A DNA stretch of 64,000 nt from an uncultured Myxococcales bacterium (GTDB lineage: Bacteria; Myxococcota_A; UBA9042; PHBI01; JAAZYN01): the NCBI GenBank assembly GCA_964478315.1, contig CAYZID010000001.1, forward strand, positions 14,619 through 78,618, in the 5' to 3' direction. Positions 29,856 through 38,603 of the stretch are shown here, piece by piece; within the stretch, counting starts at the first letter, position 1, and each line of letters begins with the position of its first letter. Position numbers and translations under genes: made by a program. The notes under the pieces were generated by a model. The model was not told the origin of the DNA. It did not search any database and saw nothing but the letters and a program-made list of their open reading frames with translations.

Positions 29856-30566
29856 CTACGCCTCCACGATGTCGGCGGCCGTCATGTTGATCCACGACGT
29901 GCTGTTCCCGCCCGGACCGTGCGAGAGGCCAACGGACGGCGTGTCCACCCCATCTCCGCACCAGTCCCACCAAGTCAGGCCAGAACCGTAGGCGCGCAGG
30001 TCGAGCATGCCGGCATGCCAGCGGGCCACCTCGTCGGATGACATCACCTCGCGCACGTAGGCTACCTCAGCAACAGCGCCCTTGAAGTAGTAGTAGCTCC
30101 CGAGCCGCCCAACGTACATCCGTGCTGACGGAGCGATGGCCGACGCGGCATGGGATCGCGCACCAGCGGATACCCCGTCACGGTAGTACGTGGCCAGGGC
30201 ACCGGTGGCGTTGAACGCTAGTGCGGCCGTATGCCACGCACCATCTGGCAAGTATCCTCCTGTCCATGTCACGTCCGAGCCGCCACCAACGAACCGGCAC
30301 CGTAGTTCTCCCCCAGTGTTCGAGTGGTAGATCTGCATCCACGTGGACGATCCTGGGGTGCCAAGTCCTAGTATTGATTGGCTTGAGCTTGGCACAGCGT
30401 CCGCGCGTGCACGCACAAGCCATGTTCCACCAGACGTGAAGAACCCCTTGTCGTAGAGCCACGACATGTCTCCGTACTGGTCCACCCCGTTCAGCTTCCG
30501 CGCACGCTGACGCGTCCAGCGCAAGCGCCGCGTCTGGAGCCCGTCCATCAGCAGCCCCCCCTGCAT
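29856..30566 (-). CDS. tail-fibre-associated protein with concanavalin-A-like lectin (LamG-like) domain
   Basis: ATG at 30566 overlaps the upstream stop (ATGA). Beta-sandwich-like C-terminal sequence (WMQIYHSNTGGELRCRFVGGGSDVTWTGGYLPDGAWHTAALAF). The Arg-rich N-terminal part of the track ORF is rejected. Confidence 0.5.
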   Translation of the reverse strand: MQGGLLMDGLQTRRLRWTRQRARKLNGVDQYGDMSWLYDKGFFTSGGTWLVRARADAVPSSSQSILGLGTPGSSTWMQIYHSNTGGELRCRFVGGGSDVTWTGGYLPDGAWHTAALAFNATGALATYYRDGVSAGARSHAASAIAPSARMYVGRLGSYYYFKGAVAEVAYVREVMSSDEVARWHAGMLDLRAYGSGLTWWDWCGDGVDTPSVGLSHGPGGNSTSWINMTAADIVEA

Positions 30567-30979
30567 CAGTCCACGCCGAGCTGCACGTCGTCGCCGTTGA
30601 CGACCACCTGCGGGTAGCTGTTGGCCACCGTGATGGCCGGGAACCCGGTGGCCGGCTTGTTGCTGAGCCCCGCGGTCACGTCCACGGTACCGTCGGACGT
30701 GCCGGGGTTGATGACGTACACCTCCGTGACGGTCACGGGGAGCTGGAGCGTCTGCCCCGCGGGGAGCGAGGTCCCACCGGAACCGGCCACGGCGTCCGGG
30801 CCGAAGGCGACGCTCAAGTTGACGAGTCCCGAGTTGAACACGCTGACCCACTCGGAGCGATGCGTGAAGGGGAACCGCTTGTGCCCTCCAGCAGGCACCG
30901 TGACCGGCCCGGAGTGCACCGGCGCCGTTCCGGTCGCGGCTGCGTAGGGGTGGGCCTTCTCGAAGTCTGGGCTGGCCAT
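30566..30979 (-). CDS. phage tail-fibre module hypothetical protein
   Basis: ATG at 30979 with AGGAGG 5 nt upstream. Coupled to neighbours. Confidence 0.5.
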   Translation of the reverse strand: MASPDFEKAHPYAAATGTAPVHSGPVTVPAGGHKRFPFTHRSEWVSVFNSGLVNLSVAFGPDAVAGSGGTSLPAGQTLQLPVTVTEVYVINPGTSDGTVDVTAGLSNKPATGFPAITVANSYPQVVVNGDDVQLGVD

Positions 30980-31001
30980 GCGGCCTCCTGTTGTGAGCGG
31001 G

Positions 31002-31823
31002 CTACACCGCTCGGACGAAGCGAACCCGCACCCCAGCGGCGAGGAGCAGGTCGATGGTGTCACGAAGGGAAGCGAGCACTTCGCCTCCCGTCAGGTAGGG
31101 CGGGTGGGGCCCGAGCACGGTGTCCGAGCCCTCCAGGGCATCGGCTTGCACGTGTCCGCCGAACGGCTGGCCGGCGGGCCGGTCTTCGCCGGCGGTCTGC
31201 ACGTAGGTCGCGGGGGCCCAGTCGAAGCCTTGCCCGAACACGCGGACCTCCACGAGGCACGGTTCGCCGGGGGTCGTCTCGTGCAACCCGTTGGGCCAGT
31301 AGACGGGACCCGGGCTCGGCTCCTCGACGTCGAAGATCGGGAATCGGGCCGTGGCGGACGTCACGGCGTCGAGGCCAGACCAGTCGGAGGCCGCCCACCT
31401 CGACGTGCCCACCCTGGCGAGGTCGAGGTAGGCCCCACCACCATCGGTGGCCACGTCCTGGGGCCCCACCGTGCGATAGATGACGCCGTCGATGAGCACC
31501 ATGCGCCCCACGTGGAGCTGGGTGAACGCCCCTGCACCGCCCGCCGCGGTGATGCGCTGCGGGGCGGACGGGTCCAGCGTGACCGCGAATGACTCCTCCA
31601 ACGCGCTGAGCGCCCCGAGCAGGAAACCCATCGTCACGCCAGGCGTCCCGCGGGCGCCGAGCGCAACGGTCTGGAGCGCCTTCCGCCACGCGCTGCGCTC
31701 GTAGCCCGCCGGTCGTGGCGCTCCCCACAAGGAGGACAGCCGGTCGAGAGCCGCCCCTTCTGCGAGCCCAACGACCGTGTCGCGGAGGGCGCGTTCGGTC
31801 TGCGCGATGGGCTGGAGCAGCAT
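31002..31823 (-). CDS. phage tail-fibre module hypothetical protein
   Basis: Compact operon member. Coordinates taken from the ORF track. Confidence 0.5.
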   Translation of the reverse strand: MLLQPIAQTERALRDTVVGLAEGAALDRLSSLWGAPRPAGYERSAWRKALQTVALGARGTPGVTMGFLLGALSALEESFAVTLDPSAPQRITAAGGAGAFTQLHVGRMVLIDGVIYRTVGPQDVATDGGGAYLDLARVGTSRWAASDWSGLDAVTSATARFPIFDVEEPSPGPVYWPNGLHETTPGEPCLVEVRVFGQGFDWAPATYVQTAGEDRPAGQPFGGHVQADALEGSDTVLGPHPPYLTGGEVLASLRDTIDLLLAAGVRVRFVRAV

Positions 31824-31826
31824 GGC

Positions 31827-32216
31827 CTACACCTCCACCGGAGGGACGGACAGCACGTCGAGCTCCACTTCCGTACCGGCCGGGATGGCGTCGCTCCGGT
31901 AGTGCTCCGACGTCAGCCCGTTGAACGACCCGTCCGACGCCGCCGTGTAGGTGAAGCGCACGCCTTCGATCCACACCGCCCCGGCCCCAGGGAAGGCCAG
32001 CGTGGTTTCGACCAGCGCAACGTCGTCGTCGGGGGCGAGGTCACGCACGAGCCGCGTCACCGGCCGGCCGTGCTCCAGCTCGAACTCCTCGCCGACGGCA
32101 TGGAGAAGGGTTGCCAGCACCGGCCCGGGGAACTCGTCGAACACGTCCCCCACATCCACCACGAGGGAGGCTGGGACGGTGAACGGGAGCGAGTTGGGGT
32201 TGGCGGGGAGACCCAT
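31827..32216 (-). CDS. phage tail-fibre module hypothetical protein
   Basis: ATG at 32216 (MGLPANPNSLPF...) directly after the upstream stop at 32219-32221. The track ORF starts at a GTG at 32276, which is less likely because it overlaps the upstream gene. Confidence 0.5.
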   Translation of the reverse strand: MGLPANPNSLPFTVPASLVVDVGDVFDEFPGPVLATLLHAVGEEFELEHGRPVTRLVRDLAPDDDVALVETTLAFPGAGAVWIEGVRFTYTAASDGSFNGLTSEHYRSDAIPAGTEVELDVLSVPPVEV

Positions 32217-32218
32217 GG

Positions 32219-33385
32219 CTACGCCCCCTCGGCGCCGGGCGCCGTCAGCGTGTAGTCCTCGCCCGGGGACAGCCACGGATGCACCGTGATGCGGACATCT
32301 GTTCCGTTGGCAAGGAGGGTGGCGTCGACCGGGACCACATCGGCTCCGTCACCGTTGCTCGTGACGATCCAGCTGTCGGCCCCCTCCACGGTGTTCGGCG
32401 CCATCGCCGCGCTGAAGGACGCTCGCAGCTCGGTGAGGGACTCCACCGTCACCGAGAGAAGTGCCGGCGCTCCGACCTCATAGGCGCCCATCGACGGTGG
32501 GGAGGACCACGCCACTCCAGCTAGGTCGTCCGGCTCCCCGAGCGTCTGCGCCGCCCCGGCCCCAACACACGGGCTCGACGGCGTGAGCGTGTAGTCCCCG
32601 GAGGCCTGGTCGGCGAAGACCGGGTCGACGGACAGGGACGCCGCGTCCCCCACGGTACCGGAGTAGTCACCGTAGCCGTTGCCCCAAGCATCGCAGGCGT
32701 AGACCGTAGGAGCCGTGGCCTTGATGCCGTACTGGGTGTTCCCGGTCGCAACGACGTTGCGGACCGTCCCACCGAGTGCGTTCAGACCGTGCCGCCCGTT
32801 GTCGGACAGCGTGCAGTTCTCGACGACGGCGTTGGCGCCCGGGACGTAGGCGCCGTCGCTCGTGTTGCTGAACGCAAGGCAGGCAGACAGGGCGACGTCC
32901 GAGCCGTTGACGTAGAAGCCCACACCGCCGTTCCCGTCGGCTTGGCACCGATGGAAGGTCGAGAGGTTCCCGCCCACGTGGAAGCCGTCGCCACCGTTGC
33001 CCGACGAGCGGACGTGCGTGCAGTAGCAGTCCAGGCTCGTCCCGAGCGGCATCTCCACGCCGTGCCCGGAGGCCCCGTGGAACCACAGATGCTCCAAGGT
33101 GATGTCATCGTAGAGGTAGATGCCGCGCGTGTGCCCCGTTGCGTCCACCTCCGTGACCGTGTCGTCGCCCAGGTAGGCTCCAGCCCCCCTGATGGTGAGC
33201 CCCGTCTTGGTGGGGACGTAGATGTCCCCCTCCAGGTAGGGGCCCGCGTCCATCACCTGCACGATGTCGCCAGAGCTCGCCACGCTGACCGCATGCCCGA
33301 TGGTCGCGTAGGGCGCGCTCGCGGATCCATCGCCGGTCGTGTCAGAGCCGGTCGTAGCCACGTAGATGGTTGGGGCCGATGCCAT
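32219..33385 (-). CDS. right-handed parallel beta-helix repeat protein (tail fibre/tailspike-like)
   Basis: Repeated NGGxGxxV and SxNxxxG beta-helix rungs (GNGGDGFHVGGN...GNGGVGFYVNGSD...SDNGRHGLNALGG...GNTQYGIKA). Confidence 0.65.
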   Translation of the reverse strand: MASAPTIYVATTGSDTTGDGSASAPYATIGHAVSVASSGDIVQVMDAGPYLEGDIYVPTKTGLTIRGAGAYLGDDTVTEVDATGHTRGIYLYDDITLEHLWFHGASGHGVEMPLGTSLDCYCTHVRSSGNGGDGFHVGGNLSTFHRCQADGNGGVGFYVNGSDVALSACLAFSNTSDGAYVPGANAVVENCTLSDNGRHGLNALGGTVRNVVATGNTQYGIKATAPTVYACDAWGNGYGDYSGTVGDAASLSVDPVFADQASGDYTLTPSSPCVGAGAAQTLGEPDDLAGVAWSSPPSMGAYEVGAPALLSVTVESLTELRASFSAAMAPNTVEGADSWIVTSNGDGADVVPVDATLLANGTDVRITVHPWLSPGEDYTLTAPGAEGA

Positions 33386-33388
33386 CGC

Positions 33389-33979
33389 CTACTCCAAGAG
33401 CCGTTCGCGTTGGGCCGATACGGGACCGCGGCCCGTGTAGAGCGGCTGGAGCCTGCGTCGCAGGCGGTACGTGGCCGGGCACCGAAGACGCCGCACGACC
33501 AGCACGGCGTTCGGTACGACCTGCTCGTACGCCAGCTCGGGGCCCCATCGGACGACCACGCCGTAGAGCCCCGGCGGGGACGGGGGGGCGGCGAAGAGGA
33601 GGGTGTCCTTGGCCGCGTTGGCCATGGCGCCGTCACCGTGTCCGACGCGTGCGGAGTAGGCGCCGCCGCTTGCGGGGATCTCGCTCCCGTCTGCCGCGAC
33701 GAGGCGCACCTGGTAGGGGCCCTCTTCGGGCCAGGTGCCTGCCAGTTCCAACACGGCCCCGCCCTCGTCCGGAAGCACGGCCAGGCCAGTGGCGCCCGCG
33801 ACGACGAAGGCCGTGGTCCATGACGGGGACCCGAACCCGGTGTCGCCTTCGCCGCTGGCCGTCTCCGGGGTCGAGTCCGGGCTCCACGCCCACGGAGAGC
33901 CGAAGCCGTGGTCGAACACCTGGGCCTGCCCGGGGGGGCCGGCGGTGCTCGTCGACGAGCCGAAGCCGAGATCAGCCAT
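33389..33979 (-). CDS. phage tail-fibre module hypothetical protein
   Basis: Compact operon member. Gly/Ser-rich N-terminus. Confidence 0.5.
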   Translation of the reverse strand: MADLGFGSSTSTAGPPGQAQVFDHGFGSPWAWSPDSTPETASGEGDTGFGSPSWTTAFVVAGATGLAVLPDEGGAVLELAGTWPEEGPYQVRLVAADGSEIPASGGAYSARVGHGDGAMANAAKDTLLFAAPPSPPGLYGVVVRWGPELAYEQVVPNAVLVVRRLRCPATYRLRRRLQPLYTGRGPVSAQRERLLE

Positions 33980-33994
33980 CTCCGGCTCCTCCTG

Positions 33995-35053
33995 CTACCA
34001 CTCCAGCACGCAACGAATGCTGGCGCTCAGACCGCCGCCGGGCGGCGTGGGGCTCGCGTCGATGAGCACGGCGAGGATGTTCCCGGCGGACAGCGCGTGC
34101 CCGGCACCAGAGGCGCCGACAACCAGCGGGGCGTTGTCCGTGGAGCCCTGGGTTACCGGGAACTGCCCAATGTGGCGCCCGGCCGCGATGGCGCTCGCGA
34201 AGTCGTTGGCCTTGAACTCCGCCTCCGTCAGCTCGTAGAGGCTGACGACGTAGCCTCCACCTGCCGGGCCGCCGTCGGCGAACGTGAAGTAGGCGTCCTC
34301 CAGGGTCATCGCCTCGGGGATCTTCCAGTGCAGGTGGCACATCGAGTAGTTCCCGCTGAACTGCTTCTCGATGGTGCCAGGGCTCCACCCATCGCCCGTC
34401 ATGGACCCGTCGGCCTTGCCCGTGAAGTACACCCGGTTCTTCGTGGCCACCTTGGGCGCTGCCACGTTCTGGGGGGCCTCGGCCAGCAGCACGACGCCCT
34501 GTGCGGTCGTCGTCGCGACGGCGATGCCTGCCGCCCCGTGGGTGTGCAGGGCGTCCGCGTTGCCACCGCCGACCAGCGTGTCGAGTTGGGCCCCGGTCGC
34601 CACCGTGTCGTGGTCCGCGATGACCTGGGCATCGAGGTCGTGGACGGTGGCGTCCACCTGGTCGATGAGCGCATGGACCTGGCGGGAGTAGTCGCGCTCC
34701 CCGGAAGCCGGGCGCTTGAGGGCGGCGTACTGCGTCGTCACGCGCACGTGGACGAAGGCGCTGTTCGGGGCGAGCTGTCGCTGCGTCTCGCTCTTGGCGC
34801 TGGCGTCATCGGTGACGACCAGGAACAGCAGGTAGGTCCCTGCCGCGTCCACGTTCTGGAGCTTGGGGTTCTGGAGCGTCGCGTCGTCCAGCGCGGCGGC
34901 TGACCCGTCTGGCTTGTCGAGCAGGTACCACTGCCAGGCCGTGTAGGTCCCGCTGCCCCCAGTGGCGGAGCCCGAGAGCTGGTGGGACGCGACCGGGAGG
35001 GAGCTGTACGCGTACTCCGCGTCAACTCCTGCGTTCGCCACCGGTGCGGCCAT
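33995..35053 (-). CDS. phage tail-fibre-like protein
   Basis: First gene of the fibre operon. Thr/Ala/Gly-rich fibrous composition with C-terminal globular part. Confidence 0.5.
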   Translation of the reverse strand: MAAPVANAGVDAEYAYSSLPVASHQLSGSATGGSGTYTAWQWYLLDKPDGSAAALDDATLQNPKLQNVDAAGTYLLFLVVTDDASAKSETQRQLAPNSAFVHVRVTTQYAALKRPASGERDYSRQVHALIDQVDATVHDLDAQVIADHDTVATGAQLDTLVGGGNADALHTHGAAGIAVATTTAQGVVLLAEAPQNVAAPKVATKNRVYFTGKADGSMTGDGWSPGTIEKQFSGNYSMCHLHWKIPEAMTLEDAYFTFADGGPAGGGYVVSLYELTEAEFKANDFASAIAAGRHIGQFPVTQGSTDNAPLVVGASGAGHALSAGNILAVLIDASPTPPGGGLSASIRCVLEW

Positions 35054-35142
35054 GCCTGCCTCTCCCCGCCGCCCATCCGTTCACCTTGGGCGACGCGTTG
35101 ATGCTAGGGCTGGGCGACCGGCGGCGGAAAAGGAACGCTGGG

Positions 35143-35895
35143 CTAGGCCGCAGGCGCTGGCGCGTGGCTTGGGCCATCCGACCACATCGTCGGCATCTGA
35201 TCCCAGGTCCTGCCGTCGAGAAGGCGGCCTGCCTTCTTCTTGTTGCGCCCACCCCACTGCTTGAAGAAGAACGGGACGTCGGCTTCACGACACTGCCTGA
35301 GGATGTCCACGACCCACGCGGGATCCATCGGCCTTGGCCTGCGCCCGGACTCACCACCAACAATCACCCAGTGGATCCCGTCCAGAGGGAGCTTACGGAT
35401 CGGCCCAAGCAGGGGCTCAACCGACAGGAACCGGACGCTTGCACCCTCGACAGCCTGGAGGTCGGCAACTCGTGATGCACGCTTCTGATCTTCCACAGAG
35501 ACGCCCACCCAGACGTTGGTTGGCCACGGGAGTTCCTTCGCCAACGATCGCAGTCGGCCAGACCTCTTCGTGAGCACCTGGAACGTGTGCTGGTGCGCGC
35601 GGACCATGACGTCGAAGACCCGCTTGATGTAGCTGTCCGGAACCTCCTCATGGAAGAGGTCACTCATGGAGTTCACGAAGACGAGCCGTGGCTTGCGCCA
35701 CCTGAGAGGAAGCTCCAAGGCTTCGGGCACCAGCCGCAAGTCGAACCCCTGCTCGTAGGCGCTCCCCGGCACACCGCGGAACCGCTCAGCGAAGGCTTCC
35801 GCGTAGCAGTACTTGCACCCCGGCGAAACCTTCGTGCAACCGCGAACAGGGTTCCACGTCGCGTCCGTCCACTCGATGTCCGATTTGGCCGACAT
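35143..35895 (-). CDS. DUF5131 (phage Gp37/Gp68, three-Cys-motif) family protein
   Basis: N-terminal IEWTDATWNPVRGCTKVSPGCKYCYAE, C-x7-C-x2-C, as remembered for the Gp37/Gp68 family. ATG at 35895 with GGAGG upstream. AT-richer than the flanks. Confidence 0.6.
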   Translation of the reverse strand: MSAKSDIEWTDATWNPVRGCTKVSPGCKYCYAEAFAERFRGVPGSAYEQGFDLRLVPEALELPLRWRKPRLVFVNSMSDLFHEEVPDSYIKRVFDVMVRAHQHTFQVLTKRSGRLRSLAKELPWPTNVWVGVSVEDQKRASRVADLQAVEGASVRFLSVEPLLGPIRKLPLDGIHWVIVGGESGRRPRPMDPAWVVDILRQCREADVPFFFKQWGGRNKKKAGRLLDGRTWDQMPTMWSDGPSHAPAPAA

Positions 35896-35950
35896 GCTGC
35901 CTCCCGCGCTTTCCCCTAGAATCGTAGCTGCCAACTGAACGAAAGTCCAG

Positions 35951-37075
35951 TTATTGTGGCGGGAAGGACACCAAAGTGCGATCCGCCATCGTTGGAGTCC
36001 CATTCCTCTTCGGCCTGCTGCCGGCCGGGGGGGCGCACGTGACCTCGCCGGCCGCCTCCATCTTCACCAGAACGGCCTTGTAGTTCTTCTTGACGTACGG
36101 CGTGCCGACGTGGTGTTCGCGGATGATGTCATCAACCATGACGGTCCTGCCAGCGAACTTGCTGGCAAGCACTCGACGAAGGTGATCCGTTGACCGCGAG
36201 TACGGGAACAGCAGGCTCAGTTGCGGGTCATCAACAGGCGTGTACTCGAACCTGGCAACGCCATCCTCAGACTTCTCGCTTTCTCGGTACATGATGTCCT
36301 TCATGATCGAGTAGCCAAGAACATGCTTGGACGCGAAGAACAGGTAGTGGCTGGTTCGCTTGCCCCCGTCCGCGCGGAAGCGGAACGGGAGAACGTACTC
36401 CGCATTGCCGCGAAGCAGCCTCTCGCCGAAGGCGTTCACGATGACGTACTCCCGTGCCGTTGGCTCAAGACCCTTGACCCTTGCACGGAGAGCATCCGCT
36501 TCATCCTCACCGAATAGTGCGTTCATGTGTTGTGCAACCAGCTCGTTGCCGAGCCCCATGTTGATGCGGTTGTAGTTGAAGAAGAAGATGAGGTCCGTTC
36601 CCCAGTCCTTCAACGCCGCGTCGAGCAGTCGCAACGACAGCCCCTTGTACCCCCATGGGTCAAAGAAGACGAGGCTCTTCGGGATGGCCGTCTCTTCCAA
36701 CCACCGAGTCATCTCTTCGCCGACTTCGAAGTTGCCAACCAACGGTTCATGCTTCAGCTGCTTGATCCCTGGGAGTTCTTCGATGGCAGCACAAAGTGAG
36801 TCGGCGCTTGCCTGGTCGGCGTCGTTGAAGATGGCCCAAAGGGTCTCGCGCAGCTTTGGGTCCTGCAGTGCCATCTCCAGCACAAGGATTGGTGTGGACT
36901 TCGAACCGTCCTTGTACCGGCCTGGCCCCGCGAACAGGTCGATGTACCCGATCACAGGTGCGCCCACCTTCACCAACATCACCCTTGCCCATGCATCGAA
37001 GTACTTGCTGACGATCGCAGCCTTGACCGCGGACGCACCAGTCTGCTCATCAAAGAAGCTTGTCCCCATGCTCAT
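35951..37075 (-). CDS. TcmP-like (three-Cys-motif partner) protein; N-terminal SAM-MTase-like motif I (IDLFAGPG)
   Basis: Immediately upstream of the DUF5131 gene on the same strand, the arrangement described for the TcmP family. YIDLFAGPGRY resembles methyltransferase motif I. Assignment from memory of the family definition, not from a search. Confidence 0.45.
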   Translation of the reverse strand: MSMGTSFFDEQTGASAVKAAIVSKYFDAWARVMLVKVGAPVIGYIDLFAGPGRYKDGSKSTPILVLEMALQDPKLRETLWAIFNDADQASADSLCAAIEELPGIKQLKHEPLVGNFEVGEEMTRWLEETAIPKSLVFFDPWGYKGLSLRLLDAALKDWGTDLIFFFNYNRINMGLGNELVAQHMNALFGEDEADALRARVKGLEPTAREYVIVNAFGERLLRGNAEYVLPFRFRADGGKRTSHYLFFASKHVLGYSIMKDIMYRESEKSEDGVARFEYTPVDDPQLSLLFPYSRSTDHLRRVLASKFAGRTVMVDDIIREHHVGTPYVKKNYKAVLVKMEAAGEVTCAPPAGSRPKRNGTPTMADRTLVSFPPQ

Positions 37076-37104
37076 CTCCTCTCATGACACCACTTGCCTG
37101 CTTG

Positions 37105-37118
37105 TCAGGCATGCCTGA
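37105..37118. promoter_or_regulatory. perfect 14-bp palindrome TCAGGCATGCCTGA 30 bp upstream of the TcmP-like gene start (candidate operator)
   Basis: Read directly. Self-complementary. Lies in the 72-bp gap between the BRO-N gene stop and the TcmP-like start. Confidence 0.35.
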
Positions 37119-37147
37119 GGGGAGCATCTCACGCGCAGCGAACGCTG

Positions 37148-38290
37148 TCACGCCGCCTGGCACCGCTGCCCGGCCTGTGCGGGCGTTGCGGCACGGGCCT
37201 TCCGTGCGGCGCGCTGGCGGCGCTTGCGGTCGCGGTCCCGGGCCCGGGCCGCCTCGCGCTTCTTCTCCAAGGCCGCGATGGTGGCCCTGGCTTCCTCCAG
37301 CTCCCTGGCGAGGGTCCTGGCAACGTCCGCGTCGGGCCCCGAGGGAGGAGCAGCCGCAGGCTGAGGCGGCGCCATGAGCTGGTAGGGCTGCTGGGCGCCG
37401 CCCCCGAGGCGCTGGGTGAGCAGCTCTACGAGCTGCCGCTGGCCGGCCGCCGCCTGGGCCTGCGCTTCCACGACCTGCTGGGCCATGGACGCCGTGGCCT
37501 CTACGACGGCGCGGCCCATCTCCGTGACCGCGGCGAGGACTTGCTGGAGCCCGACATCGCCGCTGTCCGCGGACACGTCCTCGCCCGTCCGCGGACGCGC
37601 CGGCGGGGGAGGGGGCGACGCGGGGCGTGCGTTGGGCATCGAGTAGCTCCCCGTCCGGCGCAGCACTGGCAACACCTCGTGCGCCAGCCAGCGCTTGAAC
37701 CGCTGCGCCGCCTTCACGCGCGACGTGAAGATGAGCCGGTAGAGGCCGGGCTCGTTGATGGTGACAGCACGCTGCGTTCCACCGGACGAGCGCTTACCAG
37801 ACGTCTCCTTGTCGCGAAGGGGGTCCACAATCTGGACCCCCTTCTCGTCGTCGTCGAGCCGCGAGAGGACCTGCTTGTGGTTCTTGAGCCCAAGCGCTGC
37901 GCACACGTCCTTGCCCACGAACCAGGGCTCGCCGTCCTGCATGACGACGCGCACGTCGTGCCCCTCGAAGGCGAAGGGGGCCAGGGCCCGCTCAGCGGCC
38001 TCCGGCATGGCGGGCCCATCGAGCATCATGGCCCTGGCCTCATCGGCGTTGCGGGGCTGGGGCCTGCACTCGTTGTCGGCGCCCGGGTGGGTCGCGCAGG
38101 CCTCCACGACATCGAGCGCCCACGGGTCGCCGGCCTTCCAACGATCGTAGGTGGCCGGGCCGAGCTGGACGTACACCCGGCCGCCAACCTGCACGCCGCG
38201 GCCGTAGAGCCCGGGTGAGGCCGCTCCGTACTTGCAGATCGTCACGGCGTGACTAGGGTTGGGGCTGCTCAGCAGTTCTGGCTTGTTCAC
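37148..38290 (-). CDS. BRO-N domain protein (phage antirepressor-like) with Pro/Ala-rich linker and coiled-coil/basic C-terminus
   Basis: BRO-N core (FEGHDVRVVMQDGEPWFVGKDVCAALGLKN...VTINEPGLYRLIFTSRVKAAQRFKRWLAHEVLPVLRRTGSY). GTG start with AGGAG 7 nt upstream. Confidence 0.7.
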   Translation of the reverse strand: MNKPELLSSPNPSHAVTICKYGAASPGLYGRGVQVGGRVYVQLGPATYDRWKAGDPWALDVVEACATHPGADNECRPQPRNADEARAMMLDGPAMPEAAERALAPFAFEGHDVRVVMQDGEPWFVGKDVCAALGLKNHKQVLSRLDDDEKGVQIVDPLRDKETSGKRSSGGTQRAVTINEPGLYRLIFTSRVKAAQRFKRWLAHEVLPVLRRTGSYSMPNARPASPPPPPARPRTGEDVSADSGDVGLQQVLAAVTEMGRAVVEATASMAQQVVEAQAQAAAGQRQLVELLTQRLGGGAQQPYQLMAPPQPAAAPPSGPDADVARTLARELEEARATIAALEKKREAARARDRDRKRRQRAARKARAATPAQAGQRCQAA

Positions 38291-38312
38291 GTGAGTACTC
38301 CTGTTGGGCTGC

Positions 38313-38352
38313 GCCCCGCTGGCGCTCCAATCGCCAGCGGGGCTTTCTTTTC
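38313..38352 (+). terminator. GC-rich hairpin (12-bp arms GCCCCGCTGGCG/CGCCAGCGGGGC, 7-nt loop) followed by TTTCTTTTC
   Basis: Read directly. Terminator-like on the plus strand. On the minus strand it lies in the 5' leader of the BRO-N gene. Its role is ambiguous (insulator, operator or leader structure). Confidence 0.35.
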
Positions 38353-38379
38353 GACTACGAGTAGTATCCTAATACATGG

Positions 38380-38408
38380 TTGCTGCGCAAGCAACGCTGC
38401 CTTATCTT
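38380..38408 (+). promoter_or_regulatory. candidate promoter TTGCTG-17 bp-TATCTT driving a leaderless RHH gene; -35 lies within inverted repeat TTGCT-GCGCA-AGCAA
   Basis: The -10 ends 6 nt before the ATG at 38415 and there is no SD. Inverted repeat at 38380-38394. Confidence 0.4.
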
Positions 38409-38414
38409 CATGTC

Positions 38415-38603
38415 ATGGCGAAGCGCACCGGAGAAAAGACCGAGCTGATCCAGGCACACGTCACCCCCGAGCAGTTCAAGAAGCTCGACGACTGGGCGTG
38501 GTCGCACCGGATGACGCGCGCGGAGGCCATCCGCCAGCTCCTGAAGGTGGGGATGGCCTACTGGGAGGAGGCGTCCGCGCGGGGCGAGGAAGGCGCGGGA
38601 TGA
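38415..38603 (+). CDS. ribbon-helix-helix (CopG/Arc-like) DNA-binding protein
   Basis: 62 aa. Predicted beta strand (TELIQAHVTPE) followed by two helices (QFKKLDDWAWSHRMTRAEAIRQLLKVG). Divergent from the BRO-N gene. Confidence 0.55.
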   Translation: MAKRTGEKTELIQAHVTPEQFKKLDDWAWSHRMTRAEAIRQLLKVGMAYWEEASARGEEGAG

